DNA of 62,898 nucleotides, counting the filler, from Bipalium vagum (Eukaryota), in NCBI GenBank assembly GCA_037834085.1. It is 3 parts of 3 records of this genome, joined end to end, with 100 filler letters (N's around TTAATTAATTAA, not from the genome) between each part and the next. Parts side by side here need not be neighbours in the genome. Positions count along the whole stretch, not along the records: positions 16,499 to 38,222 come from JBBMKC010233170.1; 2 more parts are not named here. One strand, written 5' to 3'. Below, piece after piece: positions 22,487 through 35,540 of the stretch. Below the pieces are notes generated by a model, which ran no database searches, was not told the origin of the DNA, and saw only the letters and a program-made list of their open reading frames with translations. The position numbers and the translations under genes were made by a program. How positions within the stretch are numbered: position 1 is the stretch's first letter; each line of letters opens with the position of its first letter.

Positions 22487-25400
22487 TTAGTATTATTAAA
22501 AGCATGCCTCAAAAGTCGAGTTTTATGGGTCCTTGTTGTCAATCACACTGTAAAAGCTTCTATTCGCCTATTATGGCCTTTTTTTGGGATTTAATGAATT
22601 ATTATTATTTTTTTAATTTTAGCACTCAATAATCTATTTATATATTCTTCATATTATAAAATGTCATCATGAAAAATTACACAAAGAAAATTACGTCTCA
22701 GCATTGTGAAAATATATTATGAAAATGGGTCATCATTGACTCATCAATTTCAATTACTAGACGAAAATATTCCAAGAAAATAATGCACTGAAAGATGTGA
22801 CGAGTAGTAATTGCATTCGCAATGTAATTCAGAATTTTGAAGAATATGGAATTGTCACAGATATTCCAAAGTCTGATTCGCCTCAAAATATCCGCACGCC
22901 AAAAAATATTTTGAAAATTCGCGAAATGTTGATTTTCTGTGGAATTTCATATTGAGTGATGAAGAAAATTTTCACTTACATGAGTATGTGAATAAGCAAA
23001 CTTGTCGTATTATATGGGGTACAGGAAATCCTTTATCTGTAAGTGAAAATCAATTTCACTCTTCACGCCTTACAGTTTGTGGCGGTGTTTTTGGTCCGTA
23101 TTTTTTGAGGAATATTACATCTCTTTTAAATAATAAACATTTAATGATATTGTCAAAGGCATTTTATCTAATGCTGGTAACGAAAGTGTGATTCTTAAAT
23201 TATATTTATTTTTTCACAAAAATGTTAACCTTCCGTAATAATTTCTCTTTTTATGCATTTCGGAAGAAATACAAGCATATATCGAAAATATACAGCTTAA
23301 TCATCAGTAGCAATTGTTATATTTTCATAATTCTGACTTCAACATTGAAATCATTCTTCAATTTTTGGCGAATGTTATCCAAAGTTTTTGAACAATCTGA
23401 ATCTGTGTATTTATGATCAATTTGATATGATTATTCTCTTTCTTGAAACCTTTTTTAAATTTCAAGTGATTCTGTTTACAGAAATATATATCTAAAATGT
23501 TATAAGATACATGTACAAGTAAAAGTAAAAGCATGGATGAAAATTACCTTTATTCAGGGTCTTCCATAAGTCCACGTGGAAAGTAAACTTAAATATCTTT
23601 CATTAAATTCAATCGATATTAAAGTATGTAAGTCTAAGTTTTGTTTTAATATTTTAAAATTAGATTTAGCAAATGCCGCTTGATTTGAAGTTAAGAATCA
23701 AAATTGTACTTTTAATGAACAAATTCAACTCAATTTGTGTTGATAAAAGGAAATTAAATGCCGAATTCGGAAATACCTCACCAAGTGAAAGTGCTATAAG
23801 AGAGACTGCATCGTTTTTGTGAGATTGGGTCGGTGAAAGATCGTAAAGGTTCTGAAAGTCCAAGGCCACTGAAAATAAAGTTCAGAAAATGAGTGAAGTT
23901 ATTGAAAGTGACCCACATTGCAGTGTTTGATCTGTTGCAAGTACCTGCTCCATTTCGCGAACAACAACCCATCGAATTATGAGAGTACAGTTATCATTTA
24001 GACCAAAGGGTCCATTTCACACAGGAATTACATGAAGAGGATTTGCAAGACAGAGTTGAGATGTGCAAAATCCTGGTCCCACTGTTAGAAAATGTGGATA
24101 TTCAGGAAAATATTTTCTTTTCAGATGAAGCAACGTTTTACCTAAATGGATTAGTAAATAAACATAACGTCAGATATTGGTCAGAAAGTAATCCACATGT
24201 TACTTTTGAAACTGCTAGAAAATCCCAGAAGTTAAATGTTTGGTGTGCTTTGTCAAAAAATAAAATTATCGGTCCGTATTTCTTTGAAGATGAGACTGTT
24301 AATGGCCAAAATTATCTATCAATGCTTCAAGACTATTTTATGTTTGAAGTGAGGAAAATGTACATAGTACGATCTCTGTTATTTCAGCAAGATGAAGGTC
24401 CTGTGCATTTTTCAACAAATGTACGACGGTATCTTGAAGCTCATTTTCCAAACAGGTGGATTGGAAGAGGTGATTTAATTCGATATGCTCCACTTTCACT
24501 AGATTTAACTCCTCTGGACTTCTACTTTTGGGGCGATTTAAAGAATAAGATATACAAATCTAAAATCAAAAATAAGCGAAGAAATAAAAAGTTTTACCAC
24601 GGAAACTTTAAATAGCGTTTTTTTAAATATTGTAAAAAGGATGAATTTATTTATATCAGTTAATGGGGGTCATTTCGAACAGTTGTTGTAAATATTCTTA
24701 TATAAAATAAAAATTAAAAGATTTGTCTTTAATGTTATAAAGCAAACGATTAAATGTCGCAAGCTGCTTAAGAAATATTTAAAAACTTTCCGCGATGACT
24801 TATGGGACACCCTGTAATTGAAGAGATCGAAGATATATTTACGCTCATTATTTCTGCGATTAACTTTTTTGAATGCCCATTAGGCTTTTATGATTCTTCT
24901 TCGCATTTCGTTGTTTATCATTTTTGTGTTTTTGTTTTGTGTCTGTATTTTGTCTAAGCAAATATATTTTTATATCAAATATAGTAGGTTGTCCCATAAG
25001 TAATTGTACTTTTTTTAATAAAACTTTATTTACAAAATTTATTAAAACCATGAAACTATAAATCAATTTATTCTCCATTATGTTCGATAACTTCTTGCCA
25101 ACGTTCTGTTAATTGGACGAATCCACACTTATAGAATTCTGGAGTCTGGCTGCTGAAGAAGACATTGAGGTCAGTGAGAAAATTGTTCCGATTTTGGTAA
25201 CGCCTACCATCCAAATGATGTTGCCGCGATCTGAATTAATGAAAATCGGTTGTAGCAAGGTCGCCACTATAGGCAAGATATGGCAAGATTTCGAGATCCA
25301 ACTCTCTCAGTTTTTCTCGAGTTAGTTTTGCACTGTGAGGGCGGGCGTTATCCTGCAACAACATTATGTGATCAACATTTGAACGCAGACTTCGATAAGC

Positions 25401-26857
25401 TGCTATTATTTTCTGCAATTGCTCACAGTATAAATTAGCAGTGACTGTGGTATTATCAAGAAGCAGCTCAAGATAAATTATTCTCTTTGAATCACACCAA
25501 ACGGACAGCAACACCTTTTTACCGTGCATTTCATGTTTCAGAATATTTTTGGGGTTTTCGCCGGGTTTAACCCATTGTCGTTTAATGGTGGGTTATCGTA
25601 CCCCACCCATTTTTCATATCCAGTAATAATTTGGTCAATCCAAGAAAACGTCTGTCTGCGAAAGAGCAATGAGATTGATAACGGTTCAGTTTTTGCTGAT
25701 CGGTCAGTTCATAAGGTATAACTTGACCAAATTTTGGCCTTCTTCCTGAGTTCCTCAGATGAGGATGGATAGTTGTTTTTGGTAGATCGAGTGTTGAAGT
25801 AAGTTCCGTGGCATTGCCATGGATTCCTCGATAAGTGCAGATTTGATGGTATCATTAAGATCAATAGAGGGGCGTCTAGGCTTTGGTTTTCTGAAAGATT
25901 GAAATCATTTTTCTTGATTCTTTTGAAATGACCCTTGCTTGTATTATAGTGTACGGTATCAGAACGTATTACTTTGGATAAATTTCGATGAGCATCACTA
26001 GCTTTAAGTCCCTATAGAAATTCATATAGTATACATGCTCGCAACGCATGTCGATCCCCTGCTAATATTTCCACCATTAGTTAAAATAACTAAAACAAAA
26101 ATAGTTAACATTGATTATGATAATATTAAGATCAATAACTAAATCAAAAGAATTACAAAAACAATCGCTAATAATAATATATATAGAGAGATTAAAAAAG
26201 TACAATTACTTATGGGACAACCTAATTAATGATAAATATTATCTAAATAAATATAAATAATTTGAAATAAAATGTTAATTTTTTATAATTGAAAGTTAAA
26301 TATTTGACATGGGAGATTAAAACTTGTAAATTAAATAAATAAATTAAAGTCGATTACTGTATGAGCCATAAACAATCAATTAAATTGTTTTCAATGTTTC
26401 TTTTTAATATTATGCCATCCAAGACGAATTCGTCAAAAAACTATCGTGTTTGTTGAATCTAAGAAAGAGAGAAAGTAGAAATGAATGTTTTTCTAAATTC
26501 CACTGACCTGTTCAAATTGTATTTTAAATTCAGTCTTTGGACATGTTTTCCAAATTTCCGATCAACGTTGAAAAGTTCGTCAAACTACTCAAGAAGATCG
26601 AGGTCACGTATAACAATCAAATTTCATATCACAACAGCATCCATGCTGCCGACGTAACGCATACGACGCACGTCTTATTGTCGACCACTGCTCTAAAAGT
26701 AAAAGATGATATAGTACCATGATTACCAGCAAAATGTTGACAACCTTGATTATTTAGACAGTCTTTACTGATCTGGAGATCATGGCCATATTGATAGCCA
26801 GCGTTATTCATGATGTTGATCACCCGGGCTTAACAAATCAGTTTTTGATCAATACAA
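20981..26857 (+). CDS. PDE4: cAMP-specific phosphodiesterase 4-like, three catalytic-domain exons (partial gene)
   Basis: Phase-consistent GT-AG exons: 20981-21075 ([27 protein letters not shown]), 26534-26698 ([21 protein letters not shown]) and 26758-26857 ([32 protein letters not shown]). HDVDHPG..NQFLINT is the PDE4 form of the class I PDE signature. Flanking exons not found in this contig. Confidence 0.92.
22425..22498. repeat. Compound trinucleotide microsatellite (ATT)n(AGT)n
   Basis: Directly visible. Confidence 0.95.
22720..23110. mobile_element. Short Merlin-like (-) and DD41D-like (+) transposase fragments
   Basis: Minus strand LVIEIDESM. Plus-strand ORF 22952: [22 protein letters not shown]...GGVFGPYF. 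Confidence 0.6.
23555..24814 (+). mobile_element. Full-length but inactivated rosa/DD41D element in PDE4 intron
   Basis: TIRs cagggtcttccataagtc and gacttatgggacaccctg|ta. ATG at 23673, FFSDEATF, and QQD-(41 aa)-D in DLTPLDF. Frameshifts present. Confidence 0.92.
24984..26225 (-). mobile_element. Full-length but inactivated mariner (DD34D) in PDE4 intron
   Basis: About 30-bp TIRs taggttgtcccataagtaattgtacttttt and aaaaagtacaattacttatgggacaaccta. Motifs [10 protein letters not shown] and QDNARPH-(34)-D. Stops and frameshifts present. Confidence 0.92.
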
Positions 26858-26899
26858 GTATGTTATGTAGATTTAAATTACAAGTCCATATACATTACT

Positions 26900-27850
26900 T
26901 TGACATAACATTTCATTCTAAATAGCGTCCGTCACTACAAACAACATTTTCCCCACCTTTCTGGCAACGAATGACTTCCACGATAAAATATTTTGTCTTC
27001 CTTGAAATATACCCATTAGTCAAGCCATTTCTCTATATTATAATGATTATTGAAGTGCGGCTGATAAAAGTCATGCTACATTGAGCGAAAAAGGTGGTAA
27101 TAACTTTGTGTCATATTTGGTGAAACCTCTCATCCAAATTCGGTTATAATCCTCTTCACTAAAATCGAAGTATAGGGTGCAGCACTATCATGTTGTAATA
27201 ACACCGTCTCATTTCTATTGGAATTGTACAATCGTTTTTTGTGCAATATTTGTCTCAATTTTATCAGTTGCTGTTGGTAACGCCTAACATCAACTTTTCA
27301 TATTGGTCCAGCTGGTCAAAATAAATAATATCCCTTTGAACTAAATAATTTAAAACACTATCTTGTATCTATACAAATCTCGTTTTTATTTTCCGTACTG
27401 ACCAGGCTGCATTTGTGATTTTTTCGTTCTGTATTTTCATAAAAAACCAATTGTTTATCACAAGTAATAATGAGATGTAAAAAGGACTTCTTCCTTGCCA
27501 GCTAGGCGGTAAATTTCATATCGTTTAGCGATATATGCTTCTTTTAATTGACGAGACAATCATTTCCAGACTTTCTGCTTGTATCCAATGATGTTTATTT
27601 GATATTTTTTTATCTGCTTGGGATCGATTTTTGATCAACACCTTCCTTAATCTCTATCTGAAAAGTTCTTTGGTTTTCCTGAATGTTGTATATCCTTCAA
27701 GTCAAAGCTACCCATTTTGATTTTCTGAAAACTATCTTGACAGCATGTTTCAGACATCATGATTGCTATAGGTCTATGAAATTATTTTGACTTGTTGAAT
27801 TTCGATATCACTGTAGATCTTTTGCCAAGGTTAATTTAATATTTCTTATG
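26900..27850 (-). mobile_element. Decayed mariner downstream of the third PDE4 exon
   Basis: Minus-strand remnants LLQHDSAAP and a C-terminal VCSDGRYLE*. Confidence 0.65.
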
Positions 27851-30800
27851 TTATACGATTTTTTAAAAATCCATATTTACAAAGCCTTTTTTTAATTAGC
27901 GGAACGTTTATGGGAGAGCAGTGCCCTTAATAGCAACTTCATTAAATTTAAGTAATATACCATATAGTTACAAAAGTAAAGCTGAGAAGTAATATTATTT
28001 TGCTATTAAATTAATCATTTAAAAGAAGAACAACGTTCTGCAGCCATTTCGAATGAGATCCTCTAATATTAATATTTAACAAAACTCACCAAATGATTTA
28101 AATTATCACTGAAATATTTAATAAATTAGATAATTAAAACAAACAACGAGAATCAATGTAATATTAAAAATATAAATCAATTAATTTTTTTATTTCATTA
28201 TCTTTATTATTATATTATTATTTTGAAGATCCCATTAACTATTCCTTTTATTTTATTTAATAAAGAATAAATTAAATTAATAAAGAAAAGAATAATCGAA
28301 TAAAAATATCATTAACACCAATGAATTGTAACGTCATTAAGATTTACTTTGCCATGAAATTTATTGAGATAATATGTTCCAATATTATTTCCGATAATGT
28401 CGATTCATGTGTTCAAGAAAATGAAAACATGGGATTAAAATCATCAGCAGAAAATTGTAAAAACAAAAAGAAATAAAGATGAATAAAAAAGAGAGTAAAA
28501 TAAATAATGCCAGTGTCCGAATAACGAACATTATAACAATCCCTTTAATTAAGATGTCTTTTCAATTATCATATCATGTCTGATAAAGTCTTTGTACAAA
28601 TGAAATAGAATAAAATTAGATATCCCTCTCCCTTTTAAGTAGTGAGCTTAAAACGATGCCGACAATGCTGGTCTCCCTAAGATATTTAATAGGACTCTAT
28701 GTAAATCTTGGGAGATCAGCAGTCTGTACATATATCGACAGTGACCATGGGAGAGTGGAGAATCTGCAAAATCTGCCACGGACAGTCCACAGAATTAATC
28801 TACAAAAATACTAAAGATAGGAATATTTTTAGGCTACTTTATCCATGTTTTAACGAGCATGGGAATTATCATAAAACAACAATAATATGTTTTTTGGAAA
28901 TTAACGTGTTCTTTAAAGAAAAATGGATATTAAATTACTTTAAACGAAAGCGTTTTAATCAAGTAAAACAGTCTCCATTACGTTTGATACAGTCTTCACA
29001 ACATGAAGGCAAACTATAAATCTTACGGTATTAAATTATCATATCGAAGCTTTTCACTTTTTGCAGAGTTTGTTTTGATCAATAGCGTTTTGAAGTTGTC
29101 ATGCAACAAAACTGGAATTTTTCTGTTGACAATCGACTATTTTTAATTTTTGTGCACATACTCCAATTGGCTCATTAAAATTTTGATTTTTGTTGACTTA
29201 CAGAGTTATAATGAATTCGGAATGATTTGTTTCCGTCCAAAGCCACATCAATGTCATCAAGATATTAATTAAGTAAAAACTTAGAATTAGAATAACACGG
29301 CCATTTTTGCAACGCACCATTCTCTACGATAGATAAATCATATTAGAAACCTGAAAAATCTATATAGTAAATCTTGTTAATATTGACCAATTATTTAATA
29401 AAGTAAATGTTATGGAATCTAAATTTAGTAACATTTGTTAGTAAAACTTTTTAATTCGAAATCTAAGCTCTATAAAGGTAAGCAATTCGTCATTATGTAA
29501 CACCATTATTTGTTGATATTGATTGGAAGGTTTTCTTTAACAAACAAAATACTGTTAGTTTAATACATAACACAACCATAAATTCACATTTGTTAGTAAA
29601 CCTTGTTAAATATTAAATAATGTGCCCGAGAACAATTCCGTTAACCAGAGAAATAATAATTAAAGTGTAATAAATGTTCTTCGGCCTGAAGTTCAAATAA
29701 ATTACCTTTAGATTTTCTCTCTTATTGATCAAACCCATAATTTTTAACAATACTCGGTGGAGAACTGTCTTCCTTTTGAGAATGTTTCTAGACTTCTTAA
29801 GGTCGAGAGGATCATTGAACATATAAATAATATATATAAAATTTTATAGAGAGATTGGAAGCATTCTTCATATTTATAAAAGATCGATTAATTATATTTG
29901 TCTTACCAAAATATTTTTTAAAAGAACACCAGTTTTTTATTCCATTATGAATCATTTGTACTCTGGTAATCATACTGTAAGTAGACCTTTTTCATTCAAC
30001 ATTATCTATATCCTCTAGCAAAAGTTAACCGTTATCAAAATGATTCATTTTTCGTCACAGATCCCATGCAAAAATGAATCAACTTTATTCATTTGTTCAA
30101 TTTAAATAATATACGTTAGCCGCTAAAACTGATTATAAATTAATTTGAATTAATAAATCAATACGCTTTTCAAAAATTATATTTTATTTCAAATCAATTA
30201 TATAAAAAATCATTTTTTTAAATAATATAATTATTCAATAGTTAAATTATGATCTTAAACAACTAATTAATATTTGCCTCACAAATTCTTGCGATCTAAC
30301 TTTTATATTCGTACATCACATGACGATCTCTATGCAAAAATCAATTAAACATTTTTTTAAAAAACACCTTAGGTAAATTCCTAATTAATATTTTAATATA
30401 AATATTGCAAGTCTTTATATTTTCATAAAAATTACTGCATTTTATTATAAAATATCATGTTTATTTTATTATTTTATCCTAACTTTTTGAGAAAAAATCA
30501 AATTTGATTTATCTTAAAGCATAATTAAATTTATAAATTTCTAAAAAATAATAAAATTGTAATTATTTCAGAATATAAAGTTAAATAATGATTAGATGGA
30601 ATTATTATTTTTCTAAAAGTATTATTATACTATTTTTTAATTTTTATTATATTTTCTTATTTTATTTTTTTATTTAATTTTTAAAAATATTATTACTCTG
30701 AAATAAACATTTAAACTAAATTACCTTAAATGAAATGATTAAATATAGATTTATAATTTGATAAATTAAATTTATCTACGATGGAGTTCTCAGAAATAAT

Positions 30801-32699
30801 TTGCTCCAAAGAGTGAGAGCAACTTATATTCCATTACCATTGCCAAAACAGCAATCAAAGGAAAATTCTTCAAGGGTTTCAGTGGAATAAGTGCAATGGA
30901 GCGTAAAATTGGAAAATTTTCATTTCAGATATTGATTTTAAATACTGAAATTAAATATACCAATAAAATAGTAAAACCGTATCAACAACTCTTGTAAAAT
31001 TGGAACAATTGTTAAAAAAATATTATTTTCGCAAAAATTCTTGGCAGTTTCTTTGTTGAATTTGGAATGGATTCTAGAAGAACGGATTTATAAAAATAGA
31101 AGAAATTATTCTTTTTACCAGTAAAAATAATAAATAAATTGTTAATTTTTCCATTTTTTAGTTAAAAATTATTCTATCAAAAATATTAATCATTTTTTAT
31201 ATAACAATAATTTATTTTGTTTGAACTAATCAAATATTTGTTTCGATTTTGTTTACATTTATGAAAATATCGATTTTGGATTTCGATGATTTCATCAAGA
31301 ATAAAATGATAAATAAAAAAATAATAATAATTAAGTGAATATTTTTCTGTTATATAATTATTCATAAGAAAATTATTTAAAGTATTTGTTTTAATTGTCA
31401 GGTTTTGATAAACAACCAGATTTTGGGAGAAAGTCGGGTCTTAATTATTTGATCGAGAAATTTAGGAGAATTGTTAATTCAACATATCATGGACACTGCA
31501 CCACAGTGCTGGTGGAGATGCTCGTGCTGGGTACTTTTCAGAGGAAAGTTAATTTAAAGAAATAACTCAAACTTGCAACCTTTATTTTTTCATGATACGA
31601 ATTAAGAAGAAAACAGAGAAGTTTGGATTGCGAATATAATGGGTCCCCACCTCCTAGATTCCTATATAAAAGTATAACAGGAAAAATTTATGGTTTTGAA
31701 AAGAGACTGCTATTGGGATTTAGACATCTAAAACCGTTATTCGGTATATTTGAAGAAATAATGACTTTAAGCAACTTGGAAATGTTATTTAAAAGATTTG
31801 GTTGAGAAGATATAATACTGGTGATACAAAATCCGTTATGGATGGGTTTTTACAACATGGAACAATTTACAAAGTGACCAAAAATGAAATCATTCTGTAA
31901 AAATATACAACGACCTCACTATCTTACTAATGTTAGGGTATTAGAAGATCAATACAATCAGAATATATATGGGAACGTTACAAAGAAGAGCGTTACAAAT
32001 GACATGTTATATATGTTGAAAAATCAGTTACATTCAAAAGTTTGTGCAAACATAAATAATTTCAACTGTCATTCACTTGCCTAGAGTCAAGCAGAAACAT
32101 TCTGGTAACATTAGAAAAGATAGATAAAATGAAAGCGACAGAAACAAAAAATTTATTAATACCTTCGGTTGATAAAATTGGGAAAGCGAGGCTCCTGATG
32201 ATAACAGGAAAAAAAGCGAACACAGAGAAAGTGAAGCTAAATTCAAAAAGGCTAGGTTCCAACAGTGATGGGAATGGCTTTGACCATGTATTGATGTTAT
32301 GACCACTTCTTATCGGTAATTATTGGAGACCAGAACTAAATTTTGGCCTGTGATAAGATTCCTTAAGGTTACAGCGTATGAGGAAGGATCAGCAAGGAAA
32401 GCGACTTATCAAACTGGAATAAAAAATTAATATTTTGATTTTTTTATTTTATTACATTTTGATAAAAAGAAGTACGACTGATTTTTCAATTTTTTACATT
32501 TTATATTAAAAGTTAAATATCGTTGGTGGAAATATTTCCACTGATATTATTCATTAATAAAGACACTAAGTTATCATTAATAAAAGACTTAATAATTTGA
32601 TAAATTAATCAATAAATCTATATATGGTCTTTGTCTTAAAGTCACTATAAAGATTCATTTCAACTAACAGATGAATTTTTTAGCACGTTTTCATGTGAT

Positions 32700-33680
32700 C
32701 CTATGAGTTTCGTTGCGAATCAAATTCTTTGGAGATCGCTCCAAGCAGTTGCTGCAGAAATGTATTGCCAACAATTAAATCATTTATGACAGACATGATA
32801 GAGAAACTGATAAGATAAAGATTCTTACTCCATGCCAGGCTGCATATGGCCAAAATTACCCATGAGAAGTATAAGGAGTGATTCGAACAATTAGTTATTT
32901 TTAATTTTTGTACGTAGGGCGCTTTTGAATGATTTCTGAAAGGTGAAAAAATCAGTAGAATAACTGATATTTCAGATGTGCTCTTAATATCAACACTTAC
33001 CAACCCCGACATTTGTTTTATTACACTGTTATTAATGTGTAACCAGGTATGCAGTGTTCTTTATCAGATCACAGAGGATCATAGGGCCAAGTGAGTAAAT
33101 TTATCACAACAATTGATTAGAAATCTGAACATTTAGACATTGGTCGTTAACGAAAAATGAATATCCTTTACTTTCTCGATAGGATAATTCATACTGAGTC
33201 ACTGCAGATGGTGACCGGGCAACAGTTGACAGAAGAACAATATCAGTTATGAAGTTTCATATATTTGTTGTCTGCAATTTCCGGTTTCGAGTTTTAAAGA
33301 AACCCAAATTTATTAATGCTGAACATTAGGCGGATTTCCTTCAAATTATTTGGATATCAAAAGAATTAAATGTTTGGACAACATGCATGACAATACCCTT
33401 TCACATAAAGTTGTCATGGCACAAGCCTTCTGTGAAAAATTAAAATTCTAAAGCAACCACCTTACTCTCCAGATGTGAATTTAATGCACAGGTTTGTTTT
33501 CAGAAAAGTGGAATATGACAAGAAGAAAACACAATTTCTGAATATTAGTTTTCTCTTGGGATGTCTGCCAGATGCCATGAAAAATAAAATTTTAAAGAAT
33601 CTTTTCTATGAAATTTTGACAAATCTTCCGATAATATCTCAACAATATATAATTTTTTTGATAGAACCCTTAGCACAAAA
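32700..33680 (+). mobile_element. Two decayed mariner fragments
   Basis: AAEMYCQQLNHL...ARLHMAKIT; QITEDHRAK*VNLSQQL...VVNEK; HDNTLSH...KQPPYSPDVN. Confidence 0.65.
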
Positions 33681-34112
33681 CCCTACCTGGAGGTTGTTAT
33701 GGCTAAGTCTTTCAACAAGCACTCTCACAAACAATACCACTGTTCCGCAACAATAAAATTACCAATAAAGAAAAACATAATTGTTTTTATCTTGGGAATT
33801 TGTTGCGAATAATGGGTATTTGTTGGGAATAATGATCTAATGCTAACTTATAGTTATAGTTTTTTCAATATAATTCAACGTCACTGATTGGACAGTTAAT
33901 TTGCCAATCACATTCTTTTTTAAAAAAGGAATTACTTAAAATATATTTTATTTCTAAAATTTTCTAAAAAAATTAATTTATTGTACTTTAAGGCAATAAC
34001 CTTGATCGAAAGGTCAATGGCACGAAGCCACGTCCGACAGATATTTTTAATTTTGTTTTTAAAATTAATTTTATTACTTTTGATACTTAGATTAAATAAT
34101 ATTAAAATGGCC

Positions 34113-34220
34113 AGTAGTGCATAAATGAATAAAAAACTCTGGATGTCTAAGCCGAGTTTTTAAACAAGAGTAAAAACGAGGGTCTAGGGTACTGAGTTTT
34201 TTATCCATTTATACACCACT
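34113..34220. repeat. 27-bp imperfect inverted repeat (palindromic non-autonomous element)
   Basis: 34113-34139 versus the reverse complement of 34194-34220: 24/27 identical, all three differences transitions. Confidence 0.8.
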
Positions 34221-35121
34221 ATCGTCAGTTCATTACTTTTTCTCTTCTTTAAATGCTGGGTGATATTTACCCAAAAAATGAAAAGAGAGGTTACTCCTCA
34301 ACAAAGTTGAAGCTCTGTACGGAGTTCTCACGCCTGAAAAATCACTTCCGTGAGATATTCAAGAGACATGAAAATGATATCCAACTGCTCACATTTGTAT
34401 AAATAAATATTTTTATTTTTCTAATGCATATTTGAATATTTTAGAACTTGTTTAAAAGCGCTGTTTCATGTCAATATTGTACTTAGTGCCTTCCTGAAAT
34501 TCCCTTTGTTAAGACTTGAGAAAAAATTGGAAATCACTTTAAAAAATTCATTAAAATCATTTCTCATAGAAAAATCTGATTTCGCTGTGAAAAAAATTTC
34601 AAAAGAGGTTTAATCACTTTTTTCATAATTTTTTGAATGGTTCCAAAATCTTTCGGATAACGTTACGGTTGAGTAATTTTCCATTAATCCTGGTAATATG
34701 GGTCGATGAGAATGGAAGTCGCGACGGATTTTATAATTCCACATTTCCCGATGAACCAAACCGATTTCCCTGTTTTACATATTAGAATTCGGATGATAAT
34801 TGGGAATTAAGCAGCTAAAATGTGGCCTGGTCTCATTTGCATATTAATAGCAAAAATTACAATATTTTTTATCTCGACGAATAAAATAATTTTGATAATA
34901 AAAAAATGAAAAGACAGTAAAAAATATTTTTTTATTATTTCTGATTTCATCAATTAAAAAAAAATTATAAAAAAATATTTTTTTAATTTTTATTGGTTTT
35001 ATACCAATAAGTCTTAAAAATAATTTCAAAATCAATAATAATTATTATTTATTATAATTCGGTCTAATAAATATTTTAAGAAAAATTATTTTATTTTTTA
35101 TATTATTTATTTATTGTAATA

Positions 35122-35540
35122 CAGTGCAACTTCTATTTTGGACCACAAAATTTCGAGAGTGGTCCAAAAAAAAAGTTGGTCCAATATTAGAGGTTAAGAC
35201 ATAAAAAGGCTATAAAACATGTTTTATATGAACTTATATGGATGTAATAATTTGGTGGGAAGATTCTTTATTGCAAAGTTGCTTGGAAATATTATATTTA
35301 TCTTCATATGACAATTTTTTACTCATTCCTGATTTTGAAAATGTTATACACCAAAATATTATTAAAACAAATTATTAAATTTTTCAACAAATTATTGAAA
35401 TTTTTGGACCAAGAAATTTATTTTTTATATAAAAATATCGAGAAATATGATAAGTACAAATTATTGTTCCAAATATGGAGTTTGCTCCGATTACAAAAGT
35501 TGATCATTTCAGAAATTGGTCCAAAATAGAAGTTGCACTG
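35122..35540. mobile_element. pogo/Tigger-type MITE, 419 bp
   Basis: Perfect 24-bp TIRs cagtgcaacttctattttggacca and tggtccaaaatagaagttgcactg, with TA on both sides and no transposase ORF. Confidence 0.92.

Noticed and set aside
22320-22632. Poly-Leu/Ile and poly-Ser ORFs
   Set aside because: Translations of the (ATT)/(AGT) microsatellite.
31400-32400. GC-richer stretch that may be a decayed gag or other retroelement ORF
   Set aside because: No diagnostic motif and multiple stops in all frames.
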